DNA of 64,000 nt. Origin: an uncultured Thermoleophilia bacterium (GTDB lineage: Bacteria > Actinomycetota > Thermoleophilia > Gaiellales > Gaiellaceae). The stretch lies in contig CAWCGR010000003.1 of assembly GCA_963795175.1 (NCBI GenBank), positions 491,282 through 555,281 of the forward strand, written 5' to 3'. Both the position numbers and the translations under genes were made by a program. The notes beneath the pieces were generated by a model. The model worked only from the letters and a program-made list of their open reading frames with translations. It was not told the DNA's origin and did not search any database. Shown here in pieces: positions 1 to 10,245 of this stretch (positions are counted from its first letter, which is position 1; each line of letters opens with the position of its first letter).

Positions 1-102
1 ATAGATCGGACGCTCGTAGGCACGGACGATGATCGAGAATGCCCGCTCGTCGCCGCGTTGGGCTTTCCGAAGGATCCCGAGATCAGGCTGTTCGAGGGCC
101 AA
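1..102 (-). CDS. ECF RNA polymerase sigma factor, N-terminal part (runs off window edge)
   Basis: Not in the ORF track. Manual translation from TTG at 102 gives LALEQPDLGILRKAQRGDERAFSIIVRAYERPIY, a typical sigma-70 ECF region 1.2/2 start. Confidence 0.8.
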   Translation of the reverse strand, partial: MALEQPDLGILRKAQRGDERAFSIIVRAYERPIY

Positions 103-132
103 TTCGCGGCGAGCATACAGTCGATCTCGGCT

Positions 133-157
133 TTCGTACCAACCTTTTACGAGTTAC
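133..157 (-). promoter_or_regulatory. Putative ECF-type promoter GTAAC-N16-CGAA upstream of the sigma gene
   Basis: Minus strand reads GTAAC tcgtaaaaggttggta CGAA, 30 nt before the TTG start. A TATGCT -10-like box also lies closer to the start. Confidence 0.35.
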
Positions 158-164
158 TGAAATG

Positions 165-1661
165 TCAGCAGTTGTGGTCCGATGTCGGACCAGTCAGGCT
201 GTGGCCCGTCATTAACGGTGGGATCGCGATTCCCAGGAGCGACAGGACGGTCGGAGCGAGGTCGGCGAGGGTGCCTTCGGGCCGGAGGTCGACGTTCGTG
301 GCGGTGATCACGAGCGGCACCGGATTGACCGTGTGGGCCGTGTGCGGACTGACCCCGTCCGGCTCCAGCATCTGCTCCGCGTTGCCATGGTCGGCGGTGA
401 CGAGACACACGCCGCCGCGCGCCACCGTGGCAGCGACGACGCGGCCGAGCGCCGTGTCGGTCGCCTCGACCGCTTGTACGACGGCGGGAATCACGCCCGT
501 GTGACCGACCATGTCCGGGTTCGCGAAGTTGACGATGCAGAAGCCGACCTCGCTCTGGAGGCCACGCTCAACGGCCTCCGCCACTCCTGCCGCCGACATC
601 GCCGGCTTCAGGTCGTAGCTCGCGACGTCGCGTGGCGAGGGGACGAGCACGCGGGTCTCTCCCTCCCACTCCGACTCCTCGCCACCGTTGAAGAAGTAGG
701 TGACATGCGCGTATTTCTCCGTCTCCGCCGCATGAAGCTGGCGAATGCCGGCACGGCTGAGCGTCTCGGCCAGGGTGTCGCGCACTTGCTGCTCGTCGAA
801 TGCGACCGGGGTCGCGATGTCCGCCGCGTAGCGGGTCATCGTCGTCAGGTCGACGCCGAGGTCGATCAACCTCCGGGCCAGCTGCCGGCCGCGGTCCGGC
901 CGGAAATTGAAGAAGATCGCAGTGTCGGTTGCCGGCTCGAGTCGCGGGCTCCCCGGGAAGACGACCGGTTCGACGAACTCGTCCGTCGTACCTCGCTCGT
1001 AGCTGGCGCGTACGGCAGCAACGGGATCGACCGCCCGCTCGCCGGTACCGTCGACGATCGCCGCCACGGCGCGCTCCGTGCGCTCGGCGCGACTGTCGCG
1101 GTCCATCGCGTAGTAGCGGCCGACGACGGTCGCGATCCGCTCGGCGGGCAGGAGCGAGAAATCGCGCTCGGCTGCGTGCGGCGAGACGTCGCGCCCGTCG
1201 GTGAAGGCGTGGATCCAGGTCCGCTCCAACATCTTCTCGCGGCGCGCGAGCTCGAGCAGTGCCAACAGGTGGTCGATGTGCGAGTGGACGCCCCCGTGCG
1301 AGACGAGCCCGAGCAGATGGACGTCCCCGCCGCGCTGCTTCGCCCGCGCGAAAGCTCCCCGGAGCGCCTCGTTCGTGAAGATCGTTCCGTTCCGGACGGC
1401 GAGGTGGACGCGCATCAGGTCCTGGAAGAGCACGCGGCCGGAGCCGATCGTGAGATGGCCGACCTCCGAGTTGCCCATCTGCCCGTCGGGCAGCCCGACT
1501 GCCTCGCCCGATGCCCTCAGGGTGGTGTGAGGGAATACCTCCCAGAGCCCGTCGAACACCGGCGTCCGCGCCAGCTCGACCGCGTTACCCGGACCTGCCG
1601 GGGCGAGGCCCCAGCCGTCGAGGATGACGAGTGTTACGAGAGGGAAGCGGCGATCCGACAC
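165..1661 (-). CDS. gpmI: 2,3-bisphosphoglycerate-independent phosphoglycerate mutase
   Basis: Motifs LVILDGWG, MGNSEVGH, GRYYAMDRD, ETEKYAHVT, NPDMVGH, TADHGNAE. Start re-assigned to GTG at 1661. Confidence 0.97.
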   Translation of the reverse strand: MSDRRFPLVTLVILDGWGLAPAGPGNAVELARTPVFDGLWEVFPHTTLRASGEAVGLPDGQMGNSEVGHLTIGSGRVLFQDLMRVHLAVRNGTIFTNEALRGAFARAKQRGGDVHLLGLVSHGGVHSHIDHLLALLELARREKMLERTWIHAFTDGRDVSPHAAERDFSLLPAERIATVVGRYYAMDRDSRAERTERAVAAIVDGTGERAVDPVAAVRASYERGTTDEFVEPVVFPGSPRLEPATDTAIFFNFRPDRGRQLARRLIDLGVDLTTMTRYAADIATPVAFDEQQVRDTLAETLSRAGIRQLHAAETEKYAHVTYFFNGGEESEWEGETRVLVPSPRDVASYDLKPAMSAAGVAEAVERGLQSEVGFCIVNFANPDMVGHTGVIPAVVQAVEATDTALGRVVAATVARGGVCLVTADHGNAEQMLEPDGVSPHTAHTVNPVPLVITATNVDLRPEGTLADLAPTVLSLLGIAIPPLMTGHSLTGPTSDHNC

Positions 1662-2323
1662 AGGCTCGAGAAGGACGCGGGATCCAGTGAGGCGCCCCCG
1701 ACGAGGGCGCCGTCGACGCCCGGCTGGCCGAGAAGCTCGGCGGCGTTCTCCGGCTTGACGGAGCCGCCGTAGAGCACGCGCGTCTCGTGGAGCGACTTGA
1801 TCAGCTCGTGCGCCTCCCGTGCCAGCTCGGGGGTCGCGGTCTTGCCCGTGCCGATCGCCCACACCGGCTCGTAGGCGATGACCAGCGACGCGTGCCGCGG
1901 GAGCGCGGCGACCTGACGGCGCAAGACAGCCCCCGTCTCGCCTGCCTCTCGTTCCTCCTCCGTCTCGCCGACGCAGGCGATCACACCGAGGCCGCCCGCG
2001 AGTGCGGCCTCGGCCCGAAGCCGCACTGTTTCGTCGGTCTCGCCGAAGTAGAGACGCCGTTCCGAGTGGCCGACGAGCGCGCCGCGGACGCCGAGCTCGA
2101 CGAGCATCTGCACGGAGATCTCGCCGGTAAACGCCCCGTCCTCGGCCCAGTGGACGCTCTGCGCGTAGATCGGCCATTCCTCGCCGACGGCGGCCTCCAG
2201 CGACACGTACGGCGGACAGAGGACGATGTCGACACCCTTCGGTGCTTCGAACGAGTCGAAGAACGCGAGGGTCTCGACCGGGCCCTTGAACATCTTCCAG
2301 TTTCCTGCAACCAGCTTTGTCAT
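1634..2323 (-). CDS. tpiA: Triosephosphate isomerase
   Basis: AGNWKM, GHSERR, AYEPVWAIGTG, LYGGSV, LVGGASL. ATG at 2323. Confidence 0.97.
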   Translation of the reverse strand: MTKLVAGNWKMFKGPVETLAFFDSFEAPKGVDIVLCPPYVSLEAAVGEEWPIYAQSVHWAEDGAFTGEISVQMLVELGVRGALVGHSERRLYFGETDETVRLRAEAALAGGLGVIACVGETEEEREAGETGAVLRRQVAALPRHASLVIAYEPVWAIGTGKTATPELAREAHELIKSLHETRVLYGGSVKPENAAELLGQPGVDGALVGGASLDPASFSSLCRIAASLS

Positions 2324-2324
2324 C

Positions 2325-3374
2325 TCAACTCCCGGGGATCGCGGCGACGCCGGGAAGCTCCCGGCCTTCGAGGAGCTCGAGCGAGGCGCCGCCACCGGTG
2401 GACACCCACGAGACGCGGTCCGCGAGACCGAGCTCCTGGATCGCCCGAACCGAGTCTCCGCCGCCGACGACCGAGTACGCGTCGGCCGCGGCTACCGCCT
2501 CCGCTACGGCCTGGGTGCCGGCGGCGAAGCGGCCCCACTCGAACACCCCCATCGGCCCGTTCCAGAAGATCGTGCGCGCCTCTCGGGTAATCGCAGCGAA
2601 CGACTCGGCGGTGGCAGGCCCGATGTCGAGGCCCAGCCAGCCGTCCGGGATCTCGTCCACGCTCGCGATCCTCGCCTCGGCATCCTCGGCGAACGCACTC
2701 GCGGCCATCACGTCGGCCGGCAACTCGACCCCGAACGAGAGCGGGTTGTGCTCCCGGATCTGCTCGGCCATCTTGCCTCCGATCAGGACACTGTCCGCCC
2801 GCCCGCCGAGGTTCTCCAGCACGGCGAGCTTGTCGTCCACCTTCGCGCCGCCTGCGATCAGCACGAACGGCCGCTCTACCTCGCCGAGGAGCCGCCCCAG
2901 GTGCTCGAGCTCGTCCAGGAGCAGCAGGCCGGCATACGCAGGCAGGAGGTGAGCTACTGCCTCGGTCGAGCTGTGCGCGCGGTGCGCCGAGCCGAAGGCG
3001 TCGTTGACGTAGAGATCCTGCCCCTCGGCGAGCTCGGTCGCGTACCCGACGTCGTTCTCGGTCTCGCCCTCGTGGAACCGTGTGTTCTCGAGCACTCGGA
3101 GCCGGTCGTCCGGCACCAGCTCGCGCAGTCGGCGCGCGACGGGTGCTATCGCGTACTTTTCCCGATCCGCCTCCGACTTCGGGCGCCCGAGATGCGAGCA
3201 CACGGTGACGGTGATCGCGCCCCTCGCGAGCAGCAGACGGATCGTGGGGACCGCGGCGCGGATCCGGGTGTCGTCGGCTACCTGCCCGTCCGCGAGCGGG
3301 ACGTTGAGGTCGGCCCGGACGAGGACGCGCTTCCCCTCGACGTCGGCAGTCTCGACGGACCGCGGCAGCCGCAT
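2325..3374 (-). CDS. pgk: Phosphoglycerate kinase (short, 349 aa)
   Basis: RADLNVP, SHLGRP, LENTRF, NDAFGSAHRAH, WNGPMGVFE, STGGGASLE. Confidence 0.97.
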   Translation of the reverse strand: MRLPRSVETADVEGKRVLVRADLNVPLADGQVADDTRIRAAVPTIRLLLARGAITVTVCSHLGRPKSEADREKYAIAPVARRLRELVPDDRLRVLENTRFHEGETENDVGYATELAEGQDLYVNDAFGSAHRAHSSTEAVAHLLPAYAGLLLLDELEHLGRLLGEVERPFVLIAGGAKVDDKLAVLENLGGRADSVLIGGKMAEQIREHNPLSFGVELPADVMAASAFAEDAEARIASVDEIPDGWLGLDIGPATAESFAAITREARTIFWNGPMGVFEWGRFAAGTQAVAEAVAAADAYSVVGGGDSVRAIQELGLADRVSWVSTGGGASLELLEGRELPGVAAIPGS

Positions 3375-3375
3375 C

Positions 3376-4389
<1,014 letters not shown>

Positions 4390-4449
4390 TCAGTTGGCTG
4401 TGCCGCGAGTCTAACCCCGCCCCTCGCACCGTCCGCGGCCTACCGGCGC

Positions 4450-4648
4450 GCGAGGCTTGAGGATTCGGCTGCTGGGCCTCATACTCGTCCGCGGTGGGCT
4501 CGCGCTCCCGGGCTCGGCGGATCTAGACCCCGTCCGCCGCCTGGTATCGGAGCGCGCACAGTGGGGGAGGAGGTCGTCCTCGGAGCTCCTCCCCCAGCCC
4601 GCCTACTTTGGTTGGCGGAGCGGGAATCGATTGCGCGACTTTCTGCTC
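4450..4648. other. Multi-hairpin structured intergenic element (REP-like or candidate ncRNA)
   Basis: Serial inverted repeats: TGAGG/CCTCA; GCGCTCC/GGAGCGC enclosing GGCGGA/TCCGCC; 11-bp TGGGGGAGGAG/CTCCTCCCCCA; CCGCC/GGCGG. Confidence 0.45.
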
Positions 4649-4651
4649 GAC

Positions 4652-5581
4652 TCACATCTCCCCGAGCTCGACCACGCGGGCGAGACGGCGCTGCATGCTC
4701 GCCTTCGTCGCGGGCGGGCTGGCGCGCTCCGCGAGCTCGCGGAGCGACAGCGCTGGGTGCCGTAGGCGCAGCTGCGCCGCGTCCCGCAGCGGATCCGGCA
4801 GCGAGTCGAGCGCGCCCGCTGCCTGTAGCCCCCGCGCTGCGTCGAGCTGCCGCTGCGCCGCTCTCGCCGTCCTCACCAGATTGGCGTGATCGGCGTTCGC
4901 GAGCCGATTCGCCTCGGAGCGCATCTCTGCCACCACGCTCCGCTCCTCGAGGGCAAGCACGGTATCCACGACCCCTGCGGCGAGGAGATAGCCCTCGATC
5001 TCCTCCCATCCCTTGGCATAGGCGCGCGCGTAGGCGCCGCGCTGACCGACCCTCAGCTTCACCTCTTCGACCGATCCGACGCTACGAAGGAACGATGCGC
5101 CTGCGGCCGTCGGGGTGCGCACCTCTAGGTGCGGCGAGCGAGGGCCCGTCAGCGAGCCCGCGCCGAGGAATGCTCCCCGGAGGTACGCACCGCGGCAGCA
5201 GGAGCGCGCGACGACGCGGCCCGGCGGCCGGTCGAGCGGGTGGTGCTCGTGGTCGAGGACACCGGCCTCCGCGAGCGTGTGGAGCGCGTGCTCCGTGCCC
5301 TCGACGTGCAGCTGGTAGCGGGTCGCCCGGGCGAACGACTGCGCGGTGTAGGTGCGGATCTCGGCCGGGATGCGGAGCTCGCCGAGCAAGGCGAAAGCTC
5401 GGCGGACGGCTGCGGACGAGGCAAGGTCGAGGTGGAGGGCGACCGAGCCTCTACCGCGCAAGTGGAGAGCTCCGGCTGTGTGGAAGAGCGCCGAGATCTC
5501 AGCCAGGCGGTCGCAACGCCGCGTCGGGGCGATCGCGGCGAGCTCGGCCCGCACGTCCTCCGCGAGCGAGCCGGAGCTCAC
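4652..5581 (-). CDS. whiA: DNA-binding protein WhiA
   Basis: SCCRGAYLRGAFLGAGSL, HLE, NRLANADHANLVRT and a C-terminal HTH (HPALSLRELAE). GTG start overlaps the upstream TGA. Confidence 0.93.
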   Translation of the reverse strand: MSSGSLAEDVRAELAAIAPTRRCDRLAEISALFHTAGALHLRGRGSVALHLDLASSAAVRRAFALLGELRIPAEIRTYTAQSFARATRYQLHVEGTEHALHTLAEAGVLDHEHHPLDRPPGRVVARSCCRGAYLRGAFLGAGSLTGPRSPHLEVRTPTAAGASFLRSVGSVEEVKLRVGQRGAYARAYAKGWEEIEGYLLAAGVVDTVLALEERSVVAEMRSEANRLANADHANLVRTARAAQRQLDAARGLQAAGALDSLPDPLRDAAQLRLRHPALSLRELAERASPPATKASMQRRLARVVELGEM

Positions 5582-6225
5582 AGCCGCACCCCCTCCAGGG
5601 CCAAGAGCCGGCGCTTCAGGCTCGGCCCCGCCGACCCGTATCCGCCGATCCCGTCGGCCGCCACGACCCGGTGACACGGGACGATCAGCGCGAACCGGTT
5701 GTCGGCGCAGAACGACCCGGCGGCGCGGGCCGCGCGAGGACGACCCGCGAGTGTCGCCAGCTCGCCGTACGAGACGACCTCGCCCCAGGGAATCGCCCGC
5801 GCCGCCGCTGCGAGCTCGTGCTGGAGTGGCGTGGCCCATTCGAGATCGATCAGGACGTCCCCGTACGCGGTCGCGACGCCGGCGAGGTGCGCCGTCACGC
5901 GCCGGCACAGATCCGACACAGAGGCGTTCGGGTCGCGCGACACGGCGGGGGGTAGCGTTCGTGCTGGGCGCTCCGTTCCCCCGTCGGGGGGAACGGGTAT
6001 TGCGCCCGCGTCGAGCCGTGGTCCCGGCGGAGACCCCGCCGCGACCAGGGTCGGGCGTCGGCCGGAACGGCGCGGCGCGGTCGGGGCCACCGCCGCGATC
6101 GCGCGCTCGTCGTCCTGGCGAAGCTCTTCGCACGGGAGCTCGTGCTGGACGATCGTGCCTCCACGCACCCACACCTCGCCGACGCCCCAGCCCGGCACCT
6201 CGTAGGAGTGTCGCGTCACGCGCAC
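5578..6225 (-). CDS. ogt: Methylated-DNA-protein-cysteine methyltransferase (Ogt/MGMT family) with Pro-rich internal insert
   Basis: IPWGEVVSYGELA, RAARAAG, active site VPCHRVV, GGYG. GTG start at 6225 lies 7 nt after a TATTGT -10 box. Confidence 0.88.
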   Translation of the reverse strand: MRVTRHSYEVPGWGVGEVWVRGGTIVQHELPCEELRQDDERAIAAVAPTAPRRSGRRPTLVAAGSPPGPRLDAGAIPVPPDGGTERPARTLPPAVSRDPNASVSDLCRRVTAHLAGVATAYGDVLIDLEWATPLQHELAAAARAIPWGEVVSYGELATLAGRPRAARAAGSFCADNRFALIVPCHRVVAADGIGGYGSAGPSLKRRLLALEGVRL

Positions 6226-6249
6226 GTTTCCGACAATACAATCGATCTC
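6226..6249. promoter_or_regulatory. Overlapping divergent -10 boxes for leaderless ogt and pruA
   Basis: TACAAT on + (6237-6242) and TATTGT on - (6233-6238), each exactly 7 nt from its start codon. Confidence 0.65.
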
Positions 6250-7884
6250 GTGAGCGCTCCCGGCATCTTCCGGCCTCCGGCCGCGGTCAACGAGCCGATC
6301 AGGAGCTACGCCCCCGGCTCGCCGGAGCGGACCGATTTGAAGAAGCGGCTCGGGGAGATGGCCGCGGAGCGGGTGCACATCCCGATGGTGATCGGCGGCG
6401 AGCGCGTCGAGACCGGCACGACCTTCGAGGCGGTGATGCCGCATCGACGGGCGCACGTCCTGGCCGATGTCGAGAAGGGCAGCGCCACCGAGGTCGAGCG
6501 CGCGATCGCAGCCGCCCGGGTCGCACACGCCGCCTGGTCGCGGACCCCGTGGCACGAGCGAGCGGCGGTGTTCCTCCGCGCGGCGGAGCTGATCTCGGGG
6601 CCGTGGCGATCGACGATCAATGCGGCGACGATGCTGAACCAGTCGAAGACGGCCTATCAGGCCGAGATCGATGCGGCATGCGAGACGATCGACTTCCTCC
6701 GGTTCAACGCGGAGTACCTCGTCCGGATCTACGAGGAGCAGCCCGTCTCGTCGGCGGGGGTCTGGAACCGGATGGAGTACCGGCCGCTCGAGGGATTCGT
6801 CTTCGCGATCAGCCCCTTCAACTTCACCGCCATCGGGGCCAACCTGACGACTTCCCCCGCCCTGATGGGGAACACCGTCGTCTGGAAGCCAGCCTCGACG
6901 CAGGCGCTGTCGGCGTGGATCACGATGCGGATCCTGGAGGAGGCCGGCCTCCCTCCCGGCGTGATCAATCTCGTGTTCGGGCCGGGCGCGGAGATGGGTG
7001 CGGCGGCCCTTGCCAGCCCGGAGCTCGCGGGTGTCCATTTCACGGGCTCGACCGGCGTGTTCCACTCGATCTGGCGCACGATCGGGAACGACATCCAGCG
7101 CTACCGCAACTACCCGCGAATCGTGGGTGAGACGGGCGGCAAGGACTTCATCCTCGCCCATCCCTCCGCCGATCCCGCTGAGGTCGCCGCTGCGATCGTG
7201 CGCGGCTCGTTCGAGTACCAGGGGCAGAAGTGCTCGGCCTCCTCCAGGCTGTACATCCCGTCGAACCTCTGGGACGACGTGCGCGAGACCCTGGAGACCG
7301 AGGTCGGGAGCATCTCCATGGGCGACGTCAGCGACTTCACGAACTTCATGGGCGCCGTGATCGACGAGAGTTCCTTCAAGACCCAACGCGATGCGATCGA
7401 CGAGGCGAAAGCAGCCGGAGCTGAGATCGTCACCGGTGGCGGCACCGACGACAGCGAAGGCTGGTTCGTCGAGCCGACCGTGATCAAGACCGACGATCCG
7501 GGTTTCCGGCTTCTGCGCGAGGAGTTGTTCGGGCCGGTCGTGACGACCTACGTGTACGACGAGGCGAAGTGGGACGACACGCTCGAGCTCGTCGATTCGA
7601 CGAGCAGCTACGCGCTCACCGGTGCCGTCTTCTCCAACGACCGCTACGCGATCGCACAGGCCCATGATGCGCTCCGCTACGCCGCCGGGAACTTCTACGT
7701 CAACGACAAGCCGACGGGGGCCGTCGTCGGGCAGCAGCCGTTCGGCGGAGCGCGCGCTTCGGGCACGGACGACAAGGCGGGGTCGATGTGGAACCTGATC
7801 CGCTGGGTCAGCCCACGCACGATCAAGGAGACCCTCGTGCCACCCACCGACTACCGCTACCCGTTCCTGCAACCGGACGAATGA
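6250..7884 (+). CDS. pruA: L-glutamate gamma-semialdehyde (P5C) dehydrogenase
   Basis: ALDH family: NEPIRSYAPGS, RPLEGFV, SPFNFTAI, FTGST, ETGGKDF, FEYQGQKCSA, EELFGP, QQPFGG. GTG start at 6250. Confidence 0.93.
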   Translation: MSAPGIFRPPAAVNEPIRSYAPGSPERTDLKKRLGEMAAERVHIPMVIGGERVETGTTFEAVMPHRRAHVLADVEKGSATEVERAIAAARVAHAAWSRTPWHERAAVFLRAAELISGPWRSTINAATMLNQSKTAYQAEIDAACETIDFLRFNAEYLVRIYEEQPVSSAGVWNRMEYRPLEGFVFAISPFNFTAIGANLTTSPALMGNTVVWKPASTQALSAWITMRILEEAGLPPGVINLVFGPGAEMGAAALASPELAGVHFTGSTGVFHSIWRTIGNDIQRYRNYPRIVGETGGKDFILAHPSADPAEVAAAIVRGSFEYQGQKCSASSRLYIPSNLWDDVRETLETEVGSISMGDVSDFTNFMGAVIDESSFKTQRDAIDEAKAAGAEIVTGGGTDDSEGWFVEPTVIKTDDPGFRLLREELFGPVVTTYVYDEAKWDDTLELVDSTSSYALTGAVFSNDRYAIAQAHDALRYAAGNFYVNDKPTGAVVGQQPFGGARASGTDDKAGSMWNLIRWVSPRTIKETLVPPTDYRYPFLQPDE

Positions 7885-8852
7885 TCTCGCGGTTGCCGGG
7901 TCTCGCTCTCGCGGGCGGGGCGGTGGCGATCGCACTCGGGCTCGGGGCGCGCTTCGACGAGCTCCCCCCTCTCGTCCTCTGCGTTGCGCTCGGGGTCGTC
8001 GTCGCCAACGCAGCCCGGTTGCCGGCAGCCGCCACGCCGGGCCTCAACCTCGCGGCTGGGCCGCTACTCAAGGCCGGGGTCGTGCTGCTCGGCTTCGACC
8101 TCGTCTTCCCCGACATCCTCGCCCTCGGAGCGAGAGCCCTGGCGGTCGTGATTGCGGTCGTGGCGATCACGTTCGTCGGGACGCAGTGGCTGGGACGCAG
8201 GCTCGGCCTCAGTGCGAACCTGTCCCTGCTCGTCGCGACGGGCTTCTCGATCTGCGGTGTCTCGGCGATCGCTGCGGCGAACGGGGTCGTCGACGCGGAC
8301 GAGGACGAGGTCACGTTCGCGGTAGCCCTCGTCACGCTCTGCGGGACGCTCGCGATCGTGACCCTGCCCTCACTCCGAGGCCCGCTCGGCCTCGACGCGG
8401 AGCAGTACGGCGCCTGGGTGGGAGCTAGCGTCCACGATGTGGCCCAGGTCGTGGCGACCTCATCCACCGCGGGCGGCGTCGCCCTCGCGACCGCGATCGT
8501 CGTCAAGCTCACGCGCGTGATGCTCCTGGCGCCTCTCGTCGCCCTGATCGCGCTCAGGCAGGCCCGCACGGGCGCGGCCCGCGGCTCGCGTGTCACGGCT
8601 GTGCCGCCCTTCATCGTCCTCTTCATCGGAACCGTCGCGCTCGCGAGCCTCGGCGTGCTCCCGGATGGTTGGGTCGATCGCATCGACCAGCTGCGAACCG
8701 TCCTGCTCGGACTTGCCCTGTTTGCGCTCGGGACGCGAGTCCGCGTCGCGCGGCTCGCCCGAATCGGGATCCGACCACTGCTGCTCGGGCTCGCCTCGTG
8801 GGCGCTGATCGCCGTGGTCTCCTACGGCGGCGTCCTCCTCGCCTGGCACTGA
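7881..8852 (+). CDS. YeiH family putative sulfate/sulfonate exporter
   Basis: Multi-TM protein with GFSICGVSAIAA, GASVHDVAQV, VKLTRV. ATGA overlap with pruA. Confidence 0.85.
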   Translation: MISRLPGLALAGGAVAIALGLGARFDELPPLVLCVALGVVVANAARLPAAATPGLNLAAGPLLKAGVVLLGFDLVFPDILALGARALAVVIAVVAITFVGTQWLGRRLGLSANLSLLVATGFSICGVSAIAAANGVVDADEDEVTFAVALVTLCGTLAIVTLPSLRGPLGLDAEQYGAWVGASVHDVAQVVATSSTAGGVALATAIVVKLTRVMLLAPLVALIALRQARTGAARGSRVTAVPPFIVLFIGTVALASLGVLPDGWVDRIDQLRTVLLGLALFALGTRVRVARLARIGIRPLLLGLASWALIAVVSYGGVLLAWH

Positions 8853-8943
8853 GCCGCGCTACGAATGGTGTCGCTACGCGCCCGAGCACGATCAGCCGCA
8901 GCCGTCCGTTGCGGTCGGCCCCTGCCGCTGCGCAGTCTTCGCG

Positions 8944-9258
8944 CTATGTCAGGTCCTCCGTCACGAGCGTGCGCGTGCCGGTCCGCTCGATCCGCATCAC
9001 CAGACGCTCGTCGGGGTCGGGGCACACGACGAGATTGTCCTGCTCGAGCCAGTCCTCGTCCGCCAGCTGCCGCATCTTGGCGGGCAGGAGCGGCAACACG
9101 GCCTGGATCGCGAAGAGGCAGAAGTGACGACCGTCCGGGATTCGAACCCGGCTCGACTCGGTCACCTCGAAGTAGTCGCCGACCTCGAGACCGCACACCG
9201 AGCGGCCTTCGATCCTCTCGACCGTCACTCTCAGGTCGTACAGCTGCATCTCGGTCAT
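8944..9258 (-). CDS. TIGR04076-like small Cys-containing protein
   Basis: Pattern VC-x4-GDYF, FC, CPDP. Confidence 0.7.
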   Translation of the reverse strand: MTEMQLYDLRVTVERIEGRSVCGLEVGDYFEVTESSRVRIPDGRHFCLFAIQAVLPLLPAKMRQLADEDWLEQDNLVVCPDPDERLVMRIERTGTRTLVTEDLT

Positions 9259-9291
9259 GTTGACTTCTAGCGCACGGGCTACGGTGAGCGC

Positions 9292-10245
9292 GTGAGCAAC
9301 GTCTTTGCCGCAGTCGAGGCGTTCTGGAACTACCTATCGGCGGTGCAACTGCTGCCGCTCCTGCTCGGCATCGGCTGCCACATCGCGAAGACGATGTGCG
9401 CGAGCCGGGCCTGGCGCAACGTGCTCGCGGCGGCGTACCCTGAGGCCCGCATCCGGTGGCCCGCGATCTACGCGGCGTACATCGCCGGCGCAGGTGTGAA
9501 CGCAGTCTCACCGGCGCGCGTCGGAGATGTCGTCCGCCTGACGATGGCTCATCGAGCGGTCAACGGGGCGACCTACACGACGCTGGTGAGCTCGAGCATC
9601 GTGCTCTCGATCGTCGACGTGTCGCTCGCCTCCCTCCTCTTCGTCTGGGCCTTCAGCCAGGGTGTCTTTCCGAGCATCGACGTGCTGCCATCGCTGCCGA
9701 GCTTCGACTTCGCCTGGTTCTTCGAGCATCCCCGCGTCAGCGAGCTCATCCTGCTCGCGCTCGTCTTCGGACTGATCGCGTTCGCCGTCTGGATCCGCAC
9801 GCATGTGACCGAGTTCCGCCGCCAGGTGGGCCAGGCGTTCACCGTCCTCCGGACCCCGCTGAAGTGGGCACGGTCCGTCCTCGTCTGGCAGTTGGCCGAG
9901 TGGGCGCTTCGCCTCGCGACGATCTGGTTCATGCTCGGCGCCTTCGGGATCCAGCAGTCGCTTCGAAACGTCCTCCTCGTGCAGGCCGCCGAGAGCCTCG
10001 CGACTCTCGTGCCGATCAGCCCCGGTGGCCTCGGGACGACACAGGCGTTCCTGGTCTACACGCTCCGCGGCCAGGCGGCGCGCTCGGCCCTCTTGGCCTT
10101 CAGCGTCGGGATGAAACTGACGCTCACCGTCGTCAACGTCGTGATCGGGTTCGCCGCGATCCTGATCACGCTGCGCACGCTCCGCATTCGGCGCCTGCCC
10201 GACCCCGTCGACGGCGTGAGCTCGGCGGGCGAGACGACGAGCTAG
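9292..10245 (+). CDS. Lysylphosphatidylglycerol-synthase TM / flippase-like (UPF0104) membrane protein
   Basis: NAVSPARVGDVVR, VPISPGGLG and multiple TM helices. TACGGT lies 6 nt before the GTG. Confidence 0.8.
   Translation: MSNVFAAVEAFWNYLSAVQLLPLLLGIGCHIAKTMCASRAWRNVLAAAYPEARIRWPAIYAAYIAGAGVNAVSPARVGDVVRLTMAHRAVNGATYTTLVSSSIVLSIVDVSLASLLFVWAFSQGVFPSIDVLPSLPSFDFAWFFEHPRVSELILLALVFGLIAFAVWIRTHVTEFRRQVGQAFTVLRTPLKWARSVLVWQLAEWALRLATIWFMLGAFGIQQSLRNVLLVQAAESLATLVPISPGGLGTTQAFLVYTLRGQAARSALLAFSVGMKLTLTVVNVVIGFAAILITLRTLRIRRLPDPVDGVSSAGETTS

Noticed and set aside
4450..4560. glmS ribozyme or SRP RNA
   Set aside because: Only scattered short similarities in the wrong order or strand; no SRP helix-8 motif.
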